Notes: generated from the letters alone by a model not told the origin. 64,000 nucleotides of DNA from an uncultured Gemmatimonadaceae bacterium (GCA_963817955.1 CAWFQK010000001.1:160001-224000); one strand, 5' to 3'; shown: positions 1 through 10,870, counted from the stretch's first letter. Made by a program: numbers and translations.

Positions 1-624
1 TATGTCGCCGGGCTCGATGAAACCTTCGAAGGCGGTGTGCTCGCCACGATCGCCGCCCTGGTACCGGCGAACGGTACGCTCTTCGTGAGCAGCAGCATGC
101 CGGTGCGCGACCTCGACTCGTTCGGCGCCGGCGACGCGCGTCCGCTGCGCGTTCTGGCCAATCGTGGTGCCAACGGCATCGATGGTGTGGTTTCGACCGC
201 GCTCGGCGCTGCCGCGGCAGCACGCGAGCAAGACAGTGGCCCGCTCGTGCTGGTGATCGGCGACATCGCGTTCTATCACGACATGAACGGGCTGCTGGCC
301 GCCAAGCTGTACGCGCTCGACGCGACAATCGTCGTGATCAACAACGACGGCGGCGGCATCTTCTCGTTCCTGCCACAGGCGGCACATCCCGCCCACTTCG
401 AGGAACTCTTCGGCACACCACACGGGCTGGATTTTGCGCCCGTGGCGCAACTGTACGGCGCCTGTTATTCGCGCGTCGACGATGACGCATCGTTGCGCAC
501 GGCTGTGACGGCCGGCATTGCCGGAAGAGGATTGCGCATCGTGGAGATGCGCACGAATCGGGAGCGCAACGTGGTGCTGCATCGCGATGCGTGGGCCCGT
601 GTCGCGGCTGCACTCGCCGGGTGA
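1..624 (+). CDS. menD: SEPHCHC synthase MenD, C-terminal part (5'-truncated by window)
   Basis: SSMPVRDLD, ANRGANGIDGVVST, GDIAFYHDMNG, NNDGGGIF, FGTPH motifs; first gene of men cluster. Confidence 0.95.
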   Translation, partial: YVAGLDETFEGGVLATIAALVPANGTLFVSSSMPVRDLDSFGAGDARPLRVLANRGANGIDGVVSTALGAAAAAREQDSGPLVLVIGDIAFYHDMNGLLAAKLYALDATIVVINNDGGGIFSFLPQAAHPAHFEELFGTPHGLDFAPVAQLYGACYSRVDDDASLRTAVTAGIAGRGLRIVEMRTNRERNVVLHRDAWARVAAALAG

Positions 625-1466
625 CCACGCCACCACACGCGGATCGCCTGATCGACGTCGGAGACGAGCTGCGTCTCCATGTCGTGGTCGCCGGGCAAGG
701 GCCAGCGGTCGTGCTGTTGCACGGCTTCACCGGATCAGTTCGCACCTGGACACCGCTGTCGTCGCGCCTGGCGAACGCCTGCACGACGATCGCCATCGAT
801 CTCCCGGGGCACGGAGCGTCCACGGCGCCCGTTGATCCGTCGCGCTATGCACTGACCCGGTTCGCTGATGACGTCTGTCGTGTGCTCGACGTGTTGGACG
901 TACCGCTGGCGACCATCCTCGGCTATTCCATGGGCGGACGTGCCGCGCTCCAGATTGGTTTGCGGTATCCGGCGCGGGTGAAGGCGCTCGTATTGGAGAG
1001 CACTTCTCCAGGTATGCTCGACGTGGACGAGCGCGCCGCTCGCGTCGGGACGGACAACGAACTGGCGATGGCGATCGAGCGCCATGGCATTCCAGCATTT
1101 GTCGATCGCTGGGAGCGTCTGCCGTTGTGGGAAAGCCAGACGTCGCTCTCTGATGCTGTTCGTGCAGGTCTGCGGGCGCAGCGATTGGAGAACGACGCAC
1201 GCGGACTGGCGAACAGCCTGCGCGGAGCCGGTGCGGGCATCGACACACCAGTGGTCGATCGCCTAGCCGCACTCCGTGTGCCCGTGCTGCTCCTGGCCGG
1301 CGCGCTGGACACGAAATACGTGACGCTCGCGCGACTCATGGAGCGCAGGCTGCCCGAGGCGCGTCTGGCCATCGTCGCGGGCAGTGGGCATGCCGTCCAT
1401 CTCGAACGACCCGAGGAATTCGCTCGCGAAGTGGAGCAGTTCCTCGTCACCGTCCAGACGCGATAA
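621..1466 (+). CDS. menH: SHCHC synthase MenH (alpha/beta hydrolase)
   Basis: [34 protein letters not shown] at 621 overlaps menD stop (GTGA). Confidence 0.92.
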   Translation: MTTPPHADRLIDVGDELRLHVVVAGQGPAVVLLHGFTGSVRTWTPLSSRLANACTTIAIDLPGHGASTAPVDPSRYALTRFADDVCRVLDVLDVPLATILGYSMGGRAALQIGLRYPARVKALVLESTSPGMLDVDERAARVGTDNELAMAIERHGIPAFVDRWERLPLWESQTSLSDAVRAGLRAQRLENDARGLANSLRGAGAGIDTPVVDRLAALRVPVLLLAGALDTKYVTLARLMERRLPEARLAIVAGSGHAVHLERPEEFAREVEQFLVTVQTR

Positions 1467-1503
1467 GTTGCGGCATGACACGAGGAGACCGAGAGGAGAT
1501 TGC

Positions 1504-2325
1504 ATGACCGTTGAGTGGAAGACCATCAAGCAGTACACCGATATTCGCTATGAGCGTACCGATGACGGCGTCGCAAAGATCACGATCAACCGGCCCGAGG
1601 TGCGCAACGCATTCCGGCCGGAAACCGTCGCCGAGTTGATCGACGCATTCAATCACGTGCGCGACGACATGACGACCGGCGTGGTCCTTCTCACCGGCGA
1701 AGGCGACCTCGCGTTCTGTTCCGGCGGCGATCAGCGCGTGCGCGGTCACGGCGGCTACGTCGGCCAGGATCACGTTCCGCGGCTCAATATCCTCGACGTG
1801 CAGAAGCAGATCCGATACCTGCCAAAGCCGGTCATCGCGGTGGTGGCGGGGTATGCCATTGGCGGCGGCCACGTGCTGCATCTCGTCTGCGACCTGACGA
1901 TCGCCGCGGACAACGCGCGCTTTGGCCAGACTGGACCGCGCGTCGGAAGCTTTGATGCAGGGTATGGCGCGAGTTATCTGGCGCGTGTGGTGGGACAGAA
2001 GAAGGCGCGTGAGATCTGGTATCTCTGCCGGCAGTATGGCGCGCAGGAAGCGCTGGACATGGGACTCGTCAACACCGTGGTACCGCTCGCGCAGCTCGAG
2101 GCGGAGTCGCTGCAATGGGCGCGCGAGATTCTCGATAAGAGTCCCACCTCACTGCGCTTTCTCAAGGCGGCGTTCAATGCGGACACGGATGGCCAGGCCG
2201 GCCTGCAGCAGTTCGCCGGCGACGCGACCCTGCTCTACTATCTCACAGAGGAAGCAAAGGAAGGACGAGACGCATTCCTAGAGAAGCGCAAGCCGGATTG
2301 GTCCAAGTTCCCCCGCTTCCCGTGA
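1504..2325 (+). CDS. menB: 1,4-dihydroxy-2-naphthoyl-CoA synthase
   Basis: [41 protein letters not shown] upstream of ATG 1504. Confidence 0.97.
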   Translation: MTVEWKTIKQYTDIRYERTDDGVAKITINRPEVRNAFRPETVAELIDAFNHVRDDMTTGVVLLTGEGDLAFCSGGDQRVRGHGGYVGQDHVPRLNILDVQKQIRYLPKPVIAVVAGYAIGGGHVLHLVCDLTIAADNARFGQTGPRVGSFDAGYGASYLARVVGQKKAREIWYLCRQYGAQEALDMGLVNTVVPLAQLEAESLQWAREILDKSPTSLRFLKAAFNADTDGQAGLQQFAGDATLLYYLTEEAKEGRDAFLEKRKPDWSKFPRFP

Positions 2326-3239
2326 GCGCGGTGTCCGCTCCAGCTCCTTCCCCGGTGGGTGCCTGGCTCCTGGCATCGCGGCCAGCCACGTTGCCTGCGG
2401 CCGCGGTTCCCGTGTTCGTCGGGGGCGCGGTGGCCATCGAGGAAGGGGTCACGTTTCGGCCGCTGGTCTTTGCCGCGACACTGGTGTGTGCGCTGCTCAT
2501 TCAGGTCGGCACCAATTTCGCCAACGACTACTCGGATTTTCATCGAGGCGCCGACCACGACGGGCGCCTCGGTCCCGTGCGCGTAACACAGAGCGGATTG
2601 ATCAGCCACGAATCGGTGCGACGTGGGATCGTCGTCGCATTCGGTCTGGCGGGGCTGCTCGGCTTGTATCTCGCCTGGGTAGGCGGCTGGCCAATCGTAG
2701 CCATTGGTGTGTTCTCCATCCTTGCCGGACTGGCGTACACCGGCGGTCCGTGGCCGTTCGGCTACCACGGGCTGGGCGACGTGTTCGTGTTCGTCTTCTT
2801 CGGGGTGGTCGCCGTCACCGGCACGGCGTACCTGCAGACCGGTGCGTGGAGCGCCTTCGCGCTCGCGGTATCGGTGCCCATTGGCCTGCTCGTTACGAAC
2901 ATCCTCGTCATCAACAACCTGCGAGACCTGCCCACGGATCGCGCGGCGAACAAGCGAACGCTCGCCGTGCGCATGGGGGATCGCGCGACACGTGCGCAGT
3001 ACGCGCTGTTCGCCGCGCTCGCCTACGTCGTACCGGCAGCACTCGCGTTCAGCGCACCGTCGCGCCGATGGCTGCTCCTGTCCTGGCTCACCTTGCCTGT
3101 GGCCGTCAACCTGACGCGCCAGGTGCTCGGCGGCCTCGCGGGGCGTGAGCTCAACCCCATGCTCAAGCGCACCGGCCAACTGCTCCTCGCCTTCGGCGTG
3201 CTGCTCTCGATCGGATTACTGCTCGGCGCCCGCCGCTGA
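2322..3239 (+). CDS. menA: 1,4-dihydroxy-2-naphthoate polyprenyltransferase
   Basis: [34 protein letters not shown] motifs; multi-TM; GTGA overlap with menB. Confidence 0.93.
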   Translation: MSAVSAPAPSPVGAWLLASRPATLPAAAVPVFVGGAVAIEEGVTFRPLVFAATLVCALLIQVGTNFANDYSDFHRGADHDGRLGPVRVTQSGLISHESVRRGIVVAFGLAGLLGLYLAWVGGWPIVAIGVFSILAGLAYTGGPWPFGYHGLGDVFVFVFFGVVAVTGTAYLQTGAWSAFALAVSVPIGLLVTNILVINNLRDLPTDRAANKRTLAVRMGDRATRAQYALFAALAYVVPAALAFSAPSRRWLLLSWLTLPVAVNLTRQVLGGLAGRELNPMLKRTGQLLLAFGVLLSIGLLLGARR

Positions 3240-3255
3240 CGCGTTTGTCCGCACC

Positions 3256-4794
3256 ATGAGCATTCTCGCAACGCCCCTTCCGGACTGGCTCGCCTATCGC
3301 GCCGCGACGATGCCAGATCGCACGGCGCTCGTGTCGGGCGGCCACACCTGGACGTTCAGCCAGCTCGACGCCGACGCCACGCGAACGGCGCGCCAGCTCG
3401 CGACGTTCGGAATCCGTGCGGGTGATCGCGTCGCAACCGTGCTGCACAACGGTGCGGGTCCGGCGCTGCTCGCGCACGCCGCGCTCCGTCTGGGCGTGGT
3501 CCTCGTGCCACTCAACGTGCGGCTCAGCGAGGCCGAACTCGCTTGGCAGCTCGACGATGCAGCGGCCCGTCTGCTCGTGGTGGAGGGACGCACCGCGCTC
3601 GCGATCGACGCGGCGCGCCGCGAACGCAGCAACCTCGGTATCGTCAGCCTGGACGCGAGCGGGGCAGCCATTGTCGGTGGCTCGACGCTCGAGCAGCGCC
3701 AGGAAGCAGACGTCGCCCTGCGACTGGTGCACGACGCCAGCGACGTGCTGGCGCTCATCTACACCTCGGGCACGACCGGACAGCCGAAGGGCGCGATGCT
3801 CACTGTTGGCAACCAGTGGTGGAGTGCGATCGGCTCGGCGCTCAACCTTGGTACGCACAACGACGATCGCTGGCTCGCCTGTCTCCCGCTCTTCCATGTG
3901 GGCGGCTTGTCGATCGTTTTCCGCACCGCGATCTACGGGACGACGGCCGTTGTCCACGACGGCTTCGACGCCGACGCCGTCAACCATGCGATCGAGCACG
4001 AGCAAGTGACGATGATCTCCGTGGTGGCCGTGATGCTGCAGCGCATGCTCGACGCCCGCGGCGATCGGCCATATCCAGCATCTCTGCGTTGCGTGCTTCT
4101 CGGTGGCGGGCCGGCGCCACGCGCGCTGCTCGAGCGCTGTGCCGCGCTGCACGTTCCGGTCGTGCAGACGTATGGGCTTACCGAGACGTCGTCGCAGGTA
4201 GTCACGCTCCCCCCAGAGGACGCACTGCGCAAGCTCGGCTCGGCGGGGCGGCCGTTGTATCCCAACGAGCTCCGCATTCTGCGCGACGACCACAGCGTGG
4301 CGGACCCCCGCGAAACGGGCGAGATCGTCGTTCGCGGGCCGGTCGTCATGGCGGGCTATGCCAGCCGGGCCGACGCCACGGCGCTCGCACTTGTGGACGG
4401 CTGGTTACACACGGGCGACGTGGGCAGCGTGGATGAAGAGGGGTTCCTGTACGTGCACGATCGCCGAGACGATCTGATCGTGACCGGCGGGGAGAACGTC
4501 TATCCCGCCGAAATCGAAGCCGCGTTGCTCGCTCACCCACTGGTCGCCGAGACCGGGGTGATCGGCGTTCCAGACGCGACGTGGGGACAGCGCGTTGTTG
4601 CGGTCGTGCGGCTCAGGGCACCGTCCACTGCAGACGACTCGGCGGTACGGGAGCTGCTTTCGGCGCACTGCCGAACACGGCTCGGCGGATACAAAGTACC
4701 GAGCGAGATTCGCCTAGTCACGGAGCCGCTTCCGCGCACCGCATCAGGCAAGCTGCGGCGCACCGCCTTGCGCGACGCCGCGGCAGATCACTAG
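3256..4794 (+). CDS. menE: o-succinylbenzoate--CoA ligase
   Basis: YTSGTTGQPKG AMP-binding loop, SAIGSALNLG, TYGLTETSSQ, LPRTASGK; last gene of men operon. Confidence 0.92.
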   Translation: MSILATPLPDWLAYRAATMPDRTALVSGGHTWTFSQLDADATRTARQLATFGIRAGDRVATVLHNGAGPALLAHAALRLGVVLVPLNVRLSEAELAWQLDDAAARLLVVEGRTALAIDAARRERSNLGIVSLDASGAAIVGGSTLEQRQEADVALRLVHDASDVLALIYTSGTTGQPKGAMLTVGNQWWSAIGSALNLGTHNDDRWLACLPLFHVGGLSIVFRTAIYGTTAVVHDGFDADAVNHAIEHEQVTMISVVAVMLQRMLDARGDRPYPASLRCVLLGGGPAPRALLERCAALHVPVVQTYGLTETSSQVVTLPPEDALRKLGSAGRPLYPNELRILRDDHSVADPRETGEIVVRGPVVMAGYASRADATALALVDGWLHTGDVGSVDEEGFLYVHDRRDDLIVTGGENVYPAEIEAALLAHPLVAETGVIGVPDATWGQRVVAVVRLRAPSTADDSAVRELLSAHCRTRLGGYKVPSEIRLVTEPLPRTASGKLRRTALRDAAADH

Positions 4795-4818
4795 CACCCA
4801 CCATCACACGAAATCATC

Positions 4819-5661
4819 ATGGCACACATTGCGTTTCTCGGAACGGGCCTGCTCGGTAGCGCCTTCGTGGAGGCCGCGGCCAAGCGCGGCGAGCAGATCA
4901 CGGTATGGAACCGCACGGAATCCAAGGCGCAGGCGTTGGAGGCGTTCGGCGTGACCGTGGCACCGACGCCGGCCGACGCCGTGCGTGGCGCCGCACGTGT
5001 GCATCTCGTGCTCAAGGATGACGCGGTAGTCGAGAACGTCATTGCGGCGCTGCGGCCCGGCCTCGAGCGCGACGCCATCATTGTCGATCACAGCACCACG
5101 CAACCGGCGCTCACGGCGGTGCGCGCCAGGCGGTTGAATGGCGAAGGCGTTCGGTACCTGCACTGCCCAGTATTCATTGGGCCTGCCGCAGCACGCGCGG
5201 GACAGGGCACGATCTTGTGCTCCGGTCCGCAGGTGCTGTTCGACGCGGTGAAGGACGACGTCTCCAAGATGGCGCAACGGCTCGAGTATTTCGGCGAGCG
5301 GCCCGATCTCGCCGCCGTATACAAGCTGTGTGGCAATGCCTTCATCATCGGCATCACCGCGCTCGTCGCCGATGTCTTCGCGGTGGCGCGCGGCGCCGAC
5401 GTTGCGCCGACCGACGCACTCAACATCATCGATTTCTTCAATCCATCCGGAGTCATCGCCGGACGCGGCAAGGCGATGGCGAAAGGCGACTACGCGCCCG
5501 GCTTCGAGCTCTCGATGGCGCGGAAGGACGTGCGGCTCATGCTCGAAACGGCCGGGCCCGACCAGGCAGTGGCCCTGCCGGCCATCGCAGCCCGTATGGA
5601 CACACTCATTGCCGGCGGCTACGGAAGCGCCGACCTCGCGGTGTTGGGCAAGACGACGTGA
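4819..5661 (+). CDS. NAD(P)-dependent oxidoreductase, beta-hydroxyacid dehydrogenase family
   Basis: GTGLLG Rossmann motif, WNRT, DHSTT, catalytic K in YKLCGN, KDVRL. Confidence 0.85.
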   Translation: MAHIAFLGTGLLGSAFVEAAAKRGEQITVWNRTESKAQALEAFGVTVAPTPADAVRGAARVHLVLKDDAVVENVIAALRPGLERDAIIVDHSTTQPALTAVRARRLNGEGVRYLHCPVFIGPAAARAGQGTILCSGPQVLFDAVKDDVSKMAQRLEYFGERPDLAAVYKLCGNAFIIGITALVADVFAVARGADVAPTDALNIIDFFNPSGVIAGRGKAMAKGDYAPGFELSMARKDVRLMLETAGPDQAVALPAIAARMDTLIAGGYGSADLAVLGKTT

Positions 5662-5677
5662 CGGACGGACGGCGCAC

Positions 5678-6193
5678 GTGAGGATTGTCGGAGGCAAGTT
5701 CGCCGGACGCGACCTCACGTCGCCAAACGATTTTCGCGTCCGACCCACCGCGGAGCACGTGCGCGCGGCCATGCTCGATATGCTCGCCGCCGACGTGAAG
5801 GACGCACGCGTGCTCGACCTGTTCGCTGGGACGGGCGCACTCGGACTGGAGGCGATCTCGCGCGGCGCCAAGAGCGCCGATTTCGTGGAGTTCCGTCCGG
5901 CAAGCCTGCACGCGCTCAAGGCGAACATCGCCGTGCTCAGGCTGCTCGATCGCACGCGCGTATTCAAACGCGATGCCCTGCCATTTGCCGGTGCACTCCG
6001 ACCCGGAAGCTACGACATAGCGTTCGCCGATCCGCCATACGATTCGCGGATGCTCGACCGGGTGATCGACACCTGGCGCGAGACCAGCTTCGCGCGCGTA
6101 CTCGTCGCTGAGCACGCCCGGACCCACGAGCTGCCGAAGGGCGCGGAGCGCCTCACCATCGACGATACGGTCGTTACGATCTATCGGGCGTAG
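5678..6193 (+). CDS. rsmD: RsmD-family 16S rRNA (guanine966-N2) methyltransferase
   Basis: RIVGGKFAGR start, VRPT, LDLFAGTGALGLEAISRGA, DPPY; GTG start at 5678. Confidence 0.88.
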   Translation: MRIVGGKFAGRDLTSPNDFRVRPTAEHVRAAMLDMLAADVKDARVLDLFAGTGALGLEAISRGAKSADFVEFRPASLHALKANIAVLRLLDRTRVFKRDALPFAGALRPGSYDIAFADPPYDSRMLDRVIDTWRETSFARVLVAEHARTHELPKGAERLTIDDTVVTIYRA

Positions 6194-6221
6194 CAGACAC
6201 CTATCGGGCGTCGCCAGACAC
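6181..6221 (+). repeat. Imperfect 20/21-bp tandem duplication spanning the rsmD stop
   Basis: CTATCGGGCGTAGCAGACAC followed by CTATCGGGCGTCGCCAGACAC. Confidence 0.8.
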
Positions 6222-6231
6222 TTGCGTGAAT

Positions 6232-6268
6232 TATACCCGGGTGATATCTACCTGATATTACCCGGGCA
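6232..6268. promoter_or_regulatory. Pair of TACCCGGG palindromic boxes, putative operator
   Basis: TACCCGGG at 6234-6241 and 6259-6266 in AT-rich DNA about 25 nt upstream of the DUF2239 gene. Confidence 0.5.
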
Positions 6269-6291
6269 CAATCAACACACAGGTATCTAAC

Positions 6292-6870
6292 ATGGAAGAC
6301 GTCACCACTTTCACCGTGTTCGCCGGCCACCGGCAGATCGCCTTCGGCTCGTGGGCGAGCGTCCTCGAGCAGACGAAACGGCACCTCGACGCCGGCGGCG
6401 AGCAGGTACTGATGTTCGAGGACCAGACCGGCCGTCAGATCGACGCCGACTTCAGGGGAACGCTCGACGAGGTGCTCGACCGTGCCGGGGCCCGGACCGC
6501 CAAGCCTGGCCCTGGTCGGCCAAAGCTCGGCGTCATCAGCCGCGAAGTGTCGCTGTTGCCTCGGCACTGGGACTGGCTTGCCGAGCAGCCGAATGGCACG
6601 TCGGCCACCCTGCGCCGTCTCGTCGAGCAGGCACGGAAGAACGAGCCGAAGGCGCGGCGGGTGCGCGACGCGACGTACAAGTTCATCTGGTCGATGGCCG
6701 GCAACTTCGAGAACGCCGAAGAAGCCATGCGCGCACTCTACGCCAGAGAGGATGTGCGGCTCGAGCAGCTCATGGAATCGTGGCCGAGCGACATCCGCGA
6801 ACACGTGCTGCGACTATTGGCCGAGGCGTGGCGGATGGAGACAGAAGAAGCGGCCGCTGGTACCATATGA
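6292..6870 (+). CDS. DUF2239 family protein
   Basis: GPGRPKLGVISREVSLLPRHWDWLAEQPNGTSATLRRLVE, AGNFENAEEAMRALY, WPSDIREH. Confidence 0.85.
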   Translation: MEDVTTFTVFAGHRQIAFGSWASVLEQTKRHLDAGGEQVLMFEDQTGRQIDADFRGTLDEVLDRAGARTAKPGPGRPKLGVISREVSLLPRHWDWLAEQPNGTSATLRRLVEQARKNEPKARRVRDATYKFIWSMAGNFENAEEAMRALYAREDVRLEQLMESWPSDIREHVLRLLAEAWRMETEEAAAGTI

Positions 6871-7027
6871 CCGAGCTCGATCACTGGGGTTCAGGGCCCA
6901 GCCCGTTGTATACAGAATGTAATCGAACCTTTATGAAATCCTAACCTAGACCCCGACGCGTCGTGTGGCACGGCGGCGTGTCGGATGCTTTTCGCGACGA
7001 CGAACCTGTCCTGTTGGGATTGTCGTC

Positions 7028-7810
7028 ATGATACACATCTTCGGCCCACGCGTGCCGCGCACACGCCGCTTCGGCGGCACAGCGGTCAGTACGTTCGTAC
7101 ACGTCGGACTCATCGCCTCGGCGGTCATGGCCACACAAAGCACCGGCCCGCTGTCACGCGCGGCGGTTGGCATCACCAAGGAACATCTCATCGTCGTCAC
7201 ACCGGCGCTGTTCATGAGCGCGCCACGCCGCGAACGCGCACCCGCTCCCACGCCGTCCCGCGCGCACGCGGCGATGCCGGCAGCGCGGGGGCCGGTTGCG
7301 AACCCGTTGAAGTTCGCGCTTCCCGACGCGACCGCCATGGCGGCTCTCGGCAGTATGACCTTCGACGTGCCGAAGGTCGATCTCGACGCCGGTGTCGACA
7401 CGCTCACCCGTGCATGGCTCGACGCGCCGGCCGACGTCGTAGCGGGCATCAGGAGCACGCTACCCACCGATCTGATCGGCAACCGCGCGCAGCCGCGTGC
7501 CGCCGGCGCGTACTCCGTGGACATGGTGGAGAGCGCCGTCGCGCCACTCCCCGACAACCCGAAGCCAGACTACCCGCCGTCACTCCTCTCGGCGGGAATC
7601 GAGCAGGAGTTCCGCGTCGAGTTCGTGGTGGACAGTACGGGCCGCGTGGACGAGCACACGGTGACGATTCCGAGCAGCGTCCACTATTTGTTCGCCGAGG
7701 CCGTGCGCGTGGCGCTGCACGCGTCGCGCTATCTGCCGGCGCGCCTCGCCGGAGAACACGTGTCACAACTCGTATCACAGGAATTCAAATTCCACATTGC
7801 GAACCGCTGA
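7028..7810 (+). CDS. TonB-like energy transducer protein
   Basis: N-terminal TM with SxxxH (STFVH), Pro/Ala linker, C-terminal PDYP...VEFVVDSTGRVD...RYLPA TonB_C-like domain. Confidence 0.7.
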   Translation: MIHIFGPRVPRTRRFGGTAVSTFVHVGLIASAVMATQSTGPLSRAAVGITKEHLIVVTPALFMSAPRRERAPAPTPSRAHAAMPAARGPVANPLKFALPDATAMAALGSMTFDVPKVDLDAGVDTLTRAWLDAPADVVAGIRSTLPTDLIGNRAQPRAAGAYSVDMVESAVAPLPDNPKPDYPPSLLSAGIEQEFRVEFVVDSTGRVDEHTVTIPSSVHYLFAEAVRVALHASRYLPARLAGEHVSQLVSQEFKFHIANR

Positions 7811-8095
7811 TCAGCGCGGTGCGCGAGGAATGGGCGTCTCGCGCATCGCGGCCTGATAGGCGAAGGTGGCGAACGCAATGGCCGCTTCCTTCACGTCCTC
7901 CGGCCGCATGCGTTCCATGGTGTCCATGTTCGTGTGGTGGACCGCTTCGGTCGGCGGACCGGTGCGCACGGGACGGGCGCCGACCTGAGGGGCAGGCGTG
8001 TACGGCGTCGCCGGCGCACCGGGCGACGTGGGGTTGATCCGATCCTCGGCGACAGTGGGAGCGAAGGCGGCGAGCAAAGCAAAGCGACGCAACAT
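7811..8095 (-). pseudogene. Internally deleted M28-type peptidase remnant
   Basis: Signal-peptide-like MLRRFALLAAFAP joined after a short linker to HHTNMDTMERMRPEDVKEAAIAFATFAYQAA, a typical M28/carboxypeptidase Q C-terminus; only 94 aa. Confidence 0.55.
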
Positions 8096-8199
8096 ACTTG
8101 GTGAATGCACTGGGTGAACGTGGACGCGTTCGAGGCGGACTAGCTTCAGCGTGCGCTGCACGTTACTTGTGCATCAGCCCACCCGTCTACCCGGCTGTC

Positions 8200-9093
8200 A
8201 TGTCGTACGCCGATTTCGTCGCCTTCCGGCGCTCCCTGCCCCGCACACCCCGTCTTGAGCGCCAGACCGTGAGGGCGCGTGGAATCTCGTTCGCGGTGTT
8301 CAGCAGCCCGCCAGTCGGCTCTGCGCCGCCACTGGTCTGCATCAACGGCGGAATGCTCTACGATCACTCCATGCTCTGGCCCGCGCTCTCGCCGCTGGCC
8401 GCGACGCGCCAGGTGATTCTGTACGATCAGCGTGGGCGTGGCGAATCGACGACCCCTTCGCAGTCTGCCGAGGCGACAATCGACGACGATGCGGCCGACG
8501 TGGGCGCATTGCGCCGCGCGCTCGGCATTCGTCGTTGGGACGTGATCGGCCACTCCTGGGGCGGCGGGATTGCCATGCTCGCCACGGCGGCCGACAGCGC
8601 CGGGGTTCGGCGCCTTGCACTCGTCGATCCTGTCTGGCCAACGAGCGGCTGGATGGCGCCCCTCCGGCAGAACATTCTCGCTCGCCTCGCGGGCGAGCAG
8701 TTCGAAGCCGTCGCTCACATCACTGAGGACGCGCTCGGCACGGCTGATCCCACGCTCCACAGCGCCTATAGCCGGGCCGTCTACCCGGCCTGGTTCGTGG
8801 ACACCGAGCTCGCGGCGCGATTCGCTCCGCCCCACGCTCTGAGTGAGACCGGCACCGCTATCCTCGCGCGATTAAGACGCGAAGGATACGATTGGCGCGA
8901 CCGCCTCCGTGGCGTACAGACTCCCGCCCTGGTCGTGCACGGAGAGCAGGACCCTTTACCTCTAGCGATTTCATCCGATAATCCGTATATGGTTTTGAAC
9001 GCCCGCGTTGTCGTGGTTCCCTCCTCCGGGCACATGCCGTTCTGGGAAGCACCTGGGCATTTCTTCTCCCTGATCGACTCCTTCCTGCAGTAA
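8200..9093 (+). CDS. alpha/beta hydrolase (proline iminopeptidase-like)
   Basis: INGG, YDQRGRGES, GHSWGG nucleophile elbow, HGEQD, SGHMPFWE. Confidence 0.85.
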   Translation: MSYADFVAFRRSLPRTPRLERQTVRARGISFAVFSSPPVGSAPPLVCINGGMLYDHSMLWPALSPLAATRQVILYDQRGRGESTTPSQSAEATIDDDAADVGALRRALGIRRWDVIGHSWGGGIAMLATAADSAGVRRLALVDPVWPTSGWMAPLRQNILARLAGEQFEAVAHITEDALGTADPTLHSAYSRAVYPAWFVDTELAARFAPPHALSETGTAILARLRREGYDWRDRLRGVQTPALVVHGEQDPLPLAISSDNPYMVLNARVVVVPSSGHMPFWEAPGHFFSLIDSFLQ

Positions 9094-9139
9094 CCCCTCC
9101 TGAACGCGACTGCCCGATATCGGGCAGGATCCTCTCGGT

Positions 9140-9889
9140 ATGAAGCGAACTGCTCTCCTGCTGGCTTCGCTTGCGCTCGGATCCCTTCTGCTGGGCGCGA
9201 CACGAAAGTCCACGCCAGACACCAGAACGCCGTCCGCGATGCGCTATACCAGCGTGTCGACGGGTTCAATTGCCCACGTACTGGCCGCGGTGGTCTCGTC
9301 GGCCAAGATCGGCGACGACAAGCGTGCCATCGCCCGACGTAAGCTCAGGGCGAGCGAAGCGGGCACTTACATCGGCGAGATCCTGGACGAACGCGATTGG
9401 GCCATCTCGCACTGGCGCGACCGCCGCGACCGGCCGCTCACTGTCTGGATCCAGCCGCAATCGTCCGTGACGGATTTCACACCCGAGTACGTGTCTCGCG
9501 TGCGTGCCGCATTCGAAGAGTGGGACGCGCTGCAGATTCCGCTGCACTTCTCGTTCGTGCGTGATTCGGCGGCCGCCGAAGTCCACGTGAACTGGATTGA
9601 CCATTTCGACCAGCCGATCAGCGGACGCACACGCTGGGAGCGCAGTGCGTCCTGGGAGATCACTGAGGCCAACATTGTTCTCGCGGTACACCACCATGAG
9701 GGTGGACAGCTCGACAACGAGTCGATGCGCGCAATGGCGCTCCATGAGATCGGTCACCTCCTCGGCCTCGATCACACGACCGACAGCCTGAGCATCATGG
9801 CGCCGAAAGTACGCGTGCGGCAGATCACCGCGACTGACAGTGCGACGGTCCAATTGCTCTACGCGCTGCCCATGGGGCCGATCCGCTAG
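9140..9889 (+). CDS. Matrixin (M10) family zinc metalloprotease, secreted
   Basis: Signal peptide; HEIGHLLGLDH; Met-turn SIMAP. Confidence 0.88.
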   Translation: MKRTALLLASLALGSLLLGATRKSTPDTRTPSAMRYTSVSTGSIAHVLAAVVSSAKIGDDKRAIARRKLRASEAGTYIGEILDERDWAISHWRDRRDRPLTVWIQPQSSVTDFTPEYVSRVRAAFEEWDALQIPLHFSFVRDSAAAEVHVNWIDHFDQPISGRTRWERSASWEITEANIVLAVHHHEGGQLDNESMRAMALHEIGHLLGLDHTTDSLSIMAPKVRVRQITATDSATVQLLYALPMGPIR

Positions 9890-9919
9890 GCCGGAACCGA
9901 TCTTGCCTCGCTGGCCGGT

Positions 9920-10870
9920 ATGGATGGCGAGACGCAATATGACGTCGGTATTGTTGGCGGCGGCCCCGCCGGCCTGAGCGCGGCGGTCTGGTCGGCGCGC
10001 TATCTCCACTCGGTGGTCCTCGTCGATAGCGGCGACCCACGAAACTGGCAGACACTCGGTGTCCATGGTTACCTCGGCGCCGAGGGCATTTGCCCGGCCG
10101 AGATGCGCCAGCGCGGTCGCGAGACGTGCCGCCAGTACAACGTCGATCTCATCGACGAGATCGTGCTCCGCGCTGAAAGACGTGACGACGACGACTTCCT
10201 GCTCTGCCTACAGGGCGGCCGGCGCGCGCGCGCGCGCCGGCTGCTGCTGGCGATCGGTATCCGCGACGTCTGGCCGGACATCCCCGGGCTCGCGCATGTT
10301 TACGGCTCCGATGCACACGTCTGTCCCGATTGCGACGGCTACAGCACGCGGGGTAAGAAGGTGGTGGTCATCGGCCATGGGCGGCGCGCGGTGGGGCTGG
10401 CGCTCAACCTCACGACCTGGACGAGCGACATCATCATCTGCACGAACGGCCGCCCCGCCGACATCGACGACCCGGAGTACTGCCAGAAACTCGACGCGCT
10501 GAACATTCCCGTGCTCACCGAGCGCGTGACGAGCGTACGCGAGGATGGCCAGGGCATCCACTGCCTGATGCTCGAAGGCGGCATGCAGCTCGACACCGAC
10601 AAGATCTTCTTCACCATTGCTCAGTATCCGGCGGACGATCTCGGTGTGCAACTCGGCTGCGAGCGCGACGAGGAAGGAAACGTCATCGTGGACAGACACG
10701 GCCAGACGTCCGTGACGAACGTGTTCGCCGCTGGCGACATCACGCCTGGCCCGCAGTTAGCGATCGTGGCGGCAGCCGGTGGGGCGATCGCCGCGTTGGC
10801 AATCCACAAGTCGCTGGTGCCGGAGGAGCGAAAGCTCACTCCGCGCACGCATGCTACCAGCGCACGGTAA
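9920..10870 (+). CDS. Thioredoxin-reductase-like FAD/NAD(P) oxidoreductase
   Basis: GGGPAGLSA, CPDCDG redox pair, TSVTNVFAAGD. Confidence 0.88.
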   Translation: MDGETQYDVGIVGGGPAGLSAAVWSARYLHSVVLVDSGDPRNWQTLGVHGYLGAEGICPAEMRQRGRETCRQYNVDLIDEIVLRAERRDDDDFLLCLQGGRRARARRLLLAIGIRDVWPDIPGLAHVYGSDAHVCPDCDGYSTRGKKVVVIGHGRRAVGLALNLTTWTSDIIICTNGRPADIDDPEYCQKLDALNIPVLTERVTSVREDGQGIHCLMLEGGMQLDTDKIFFTIAQYPADDLGVQLGCERDEEGNVIVDRHGQTSVTNVFAAGDITPGPQLAIVAAAGGAIAALAIHKSLVPEERKLTPRTHATSAR

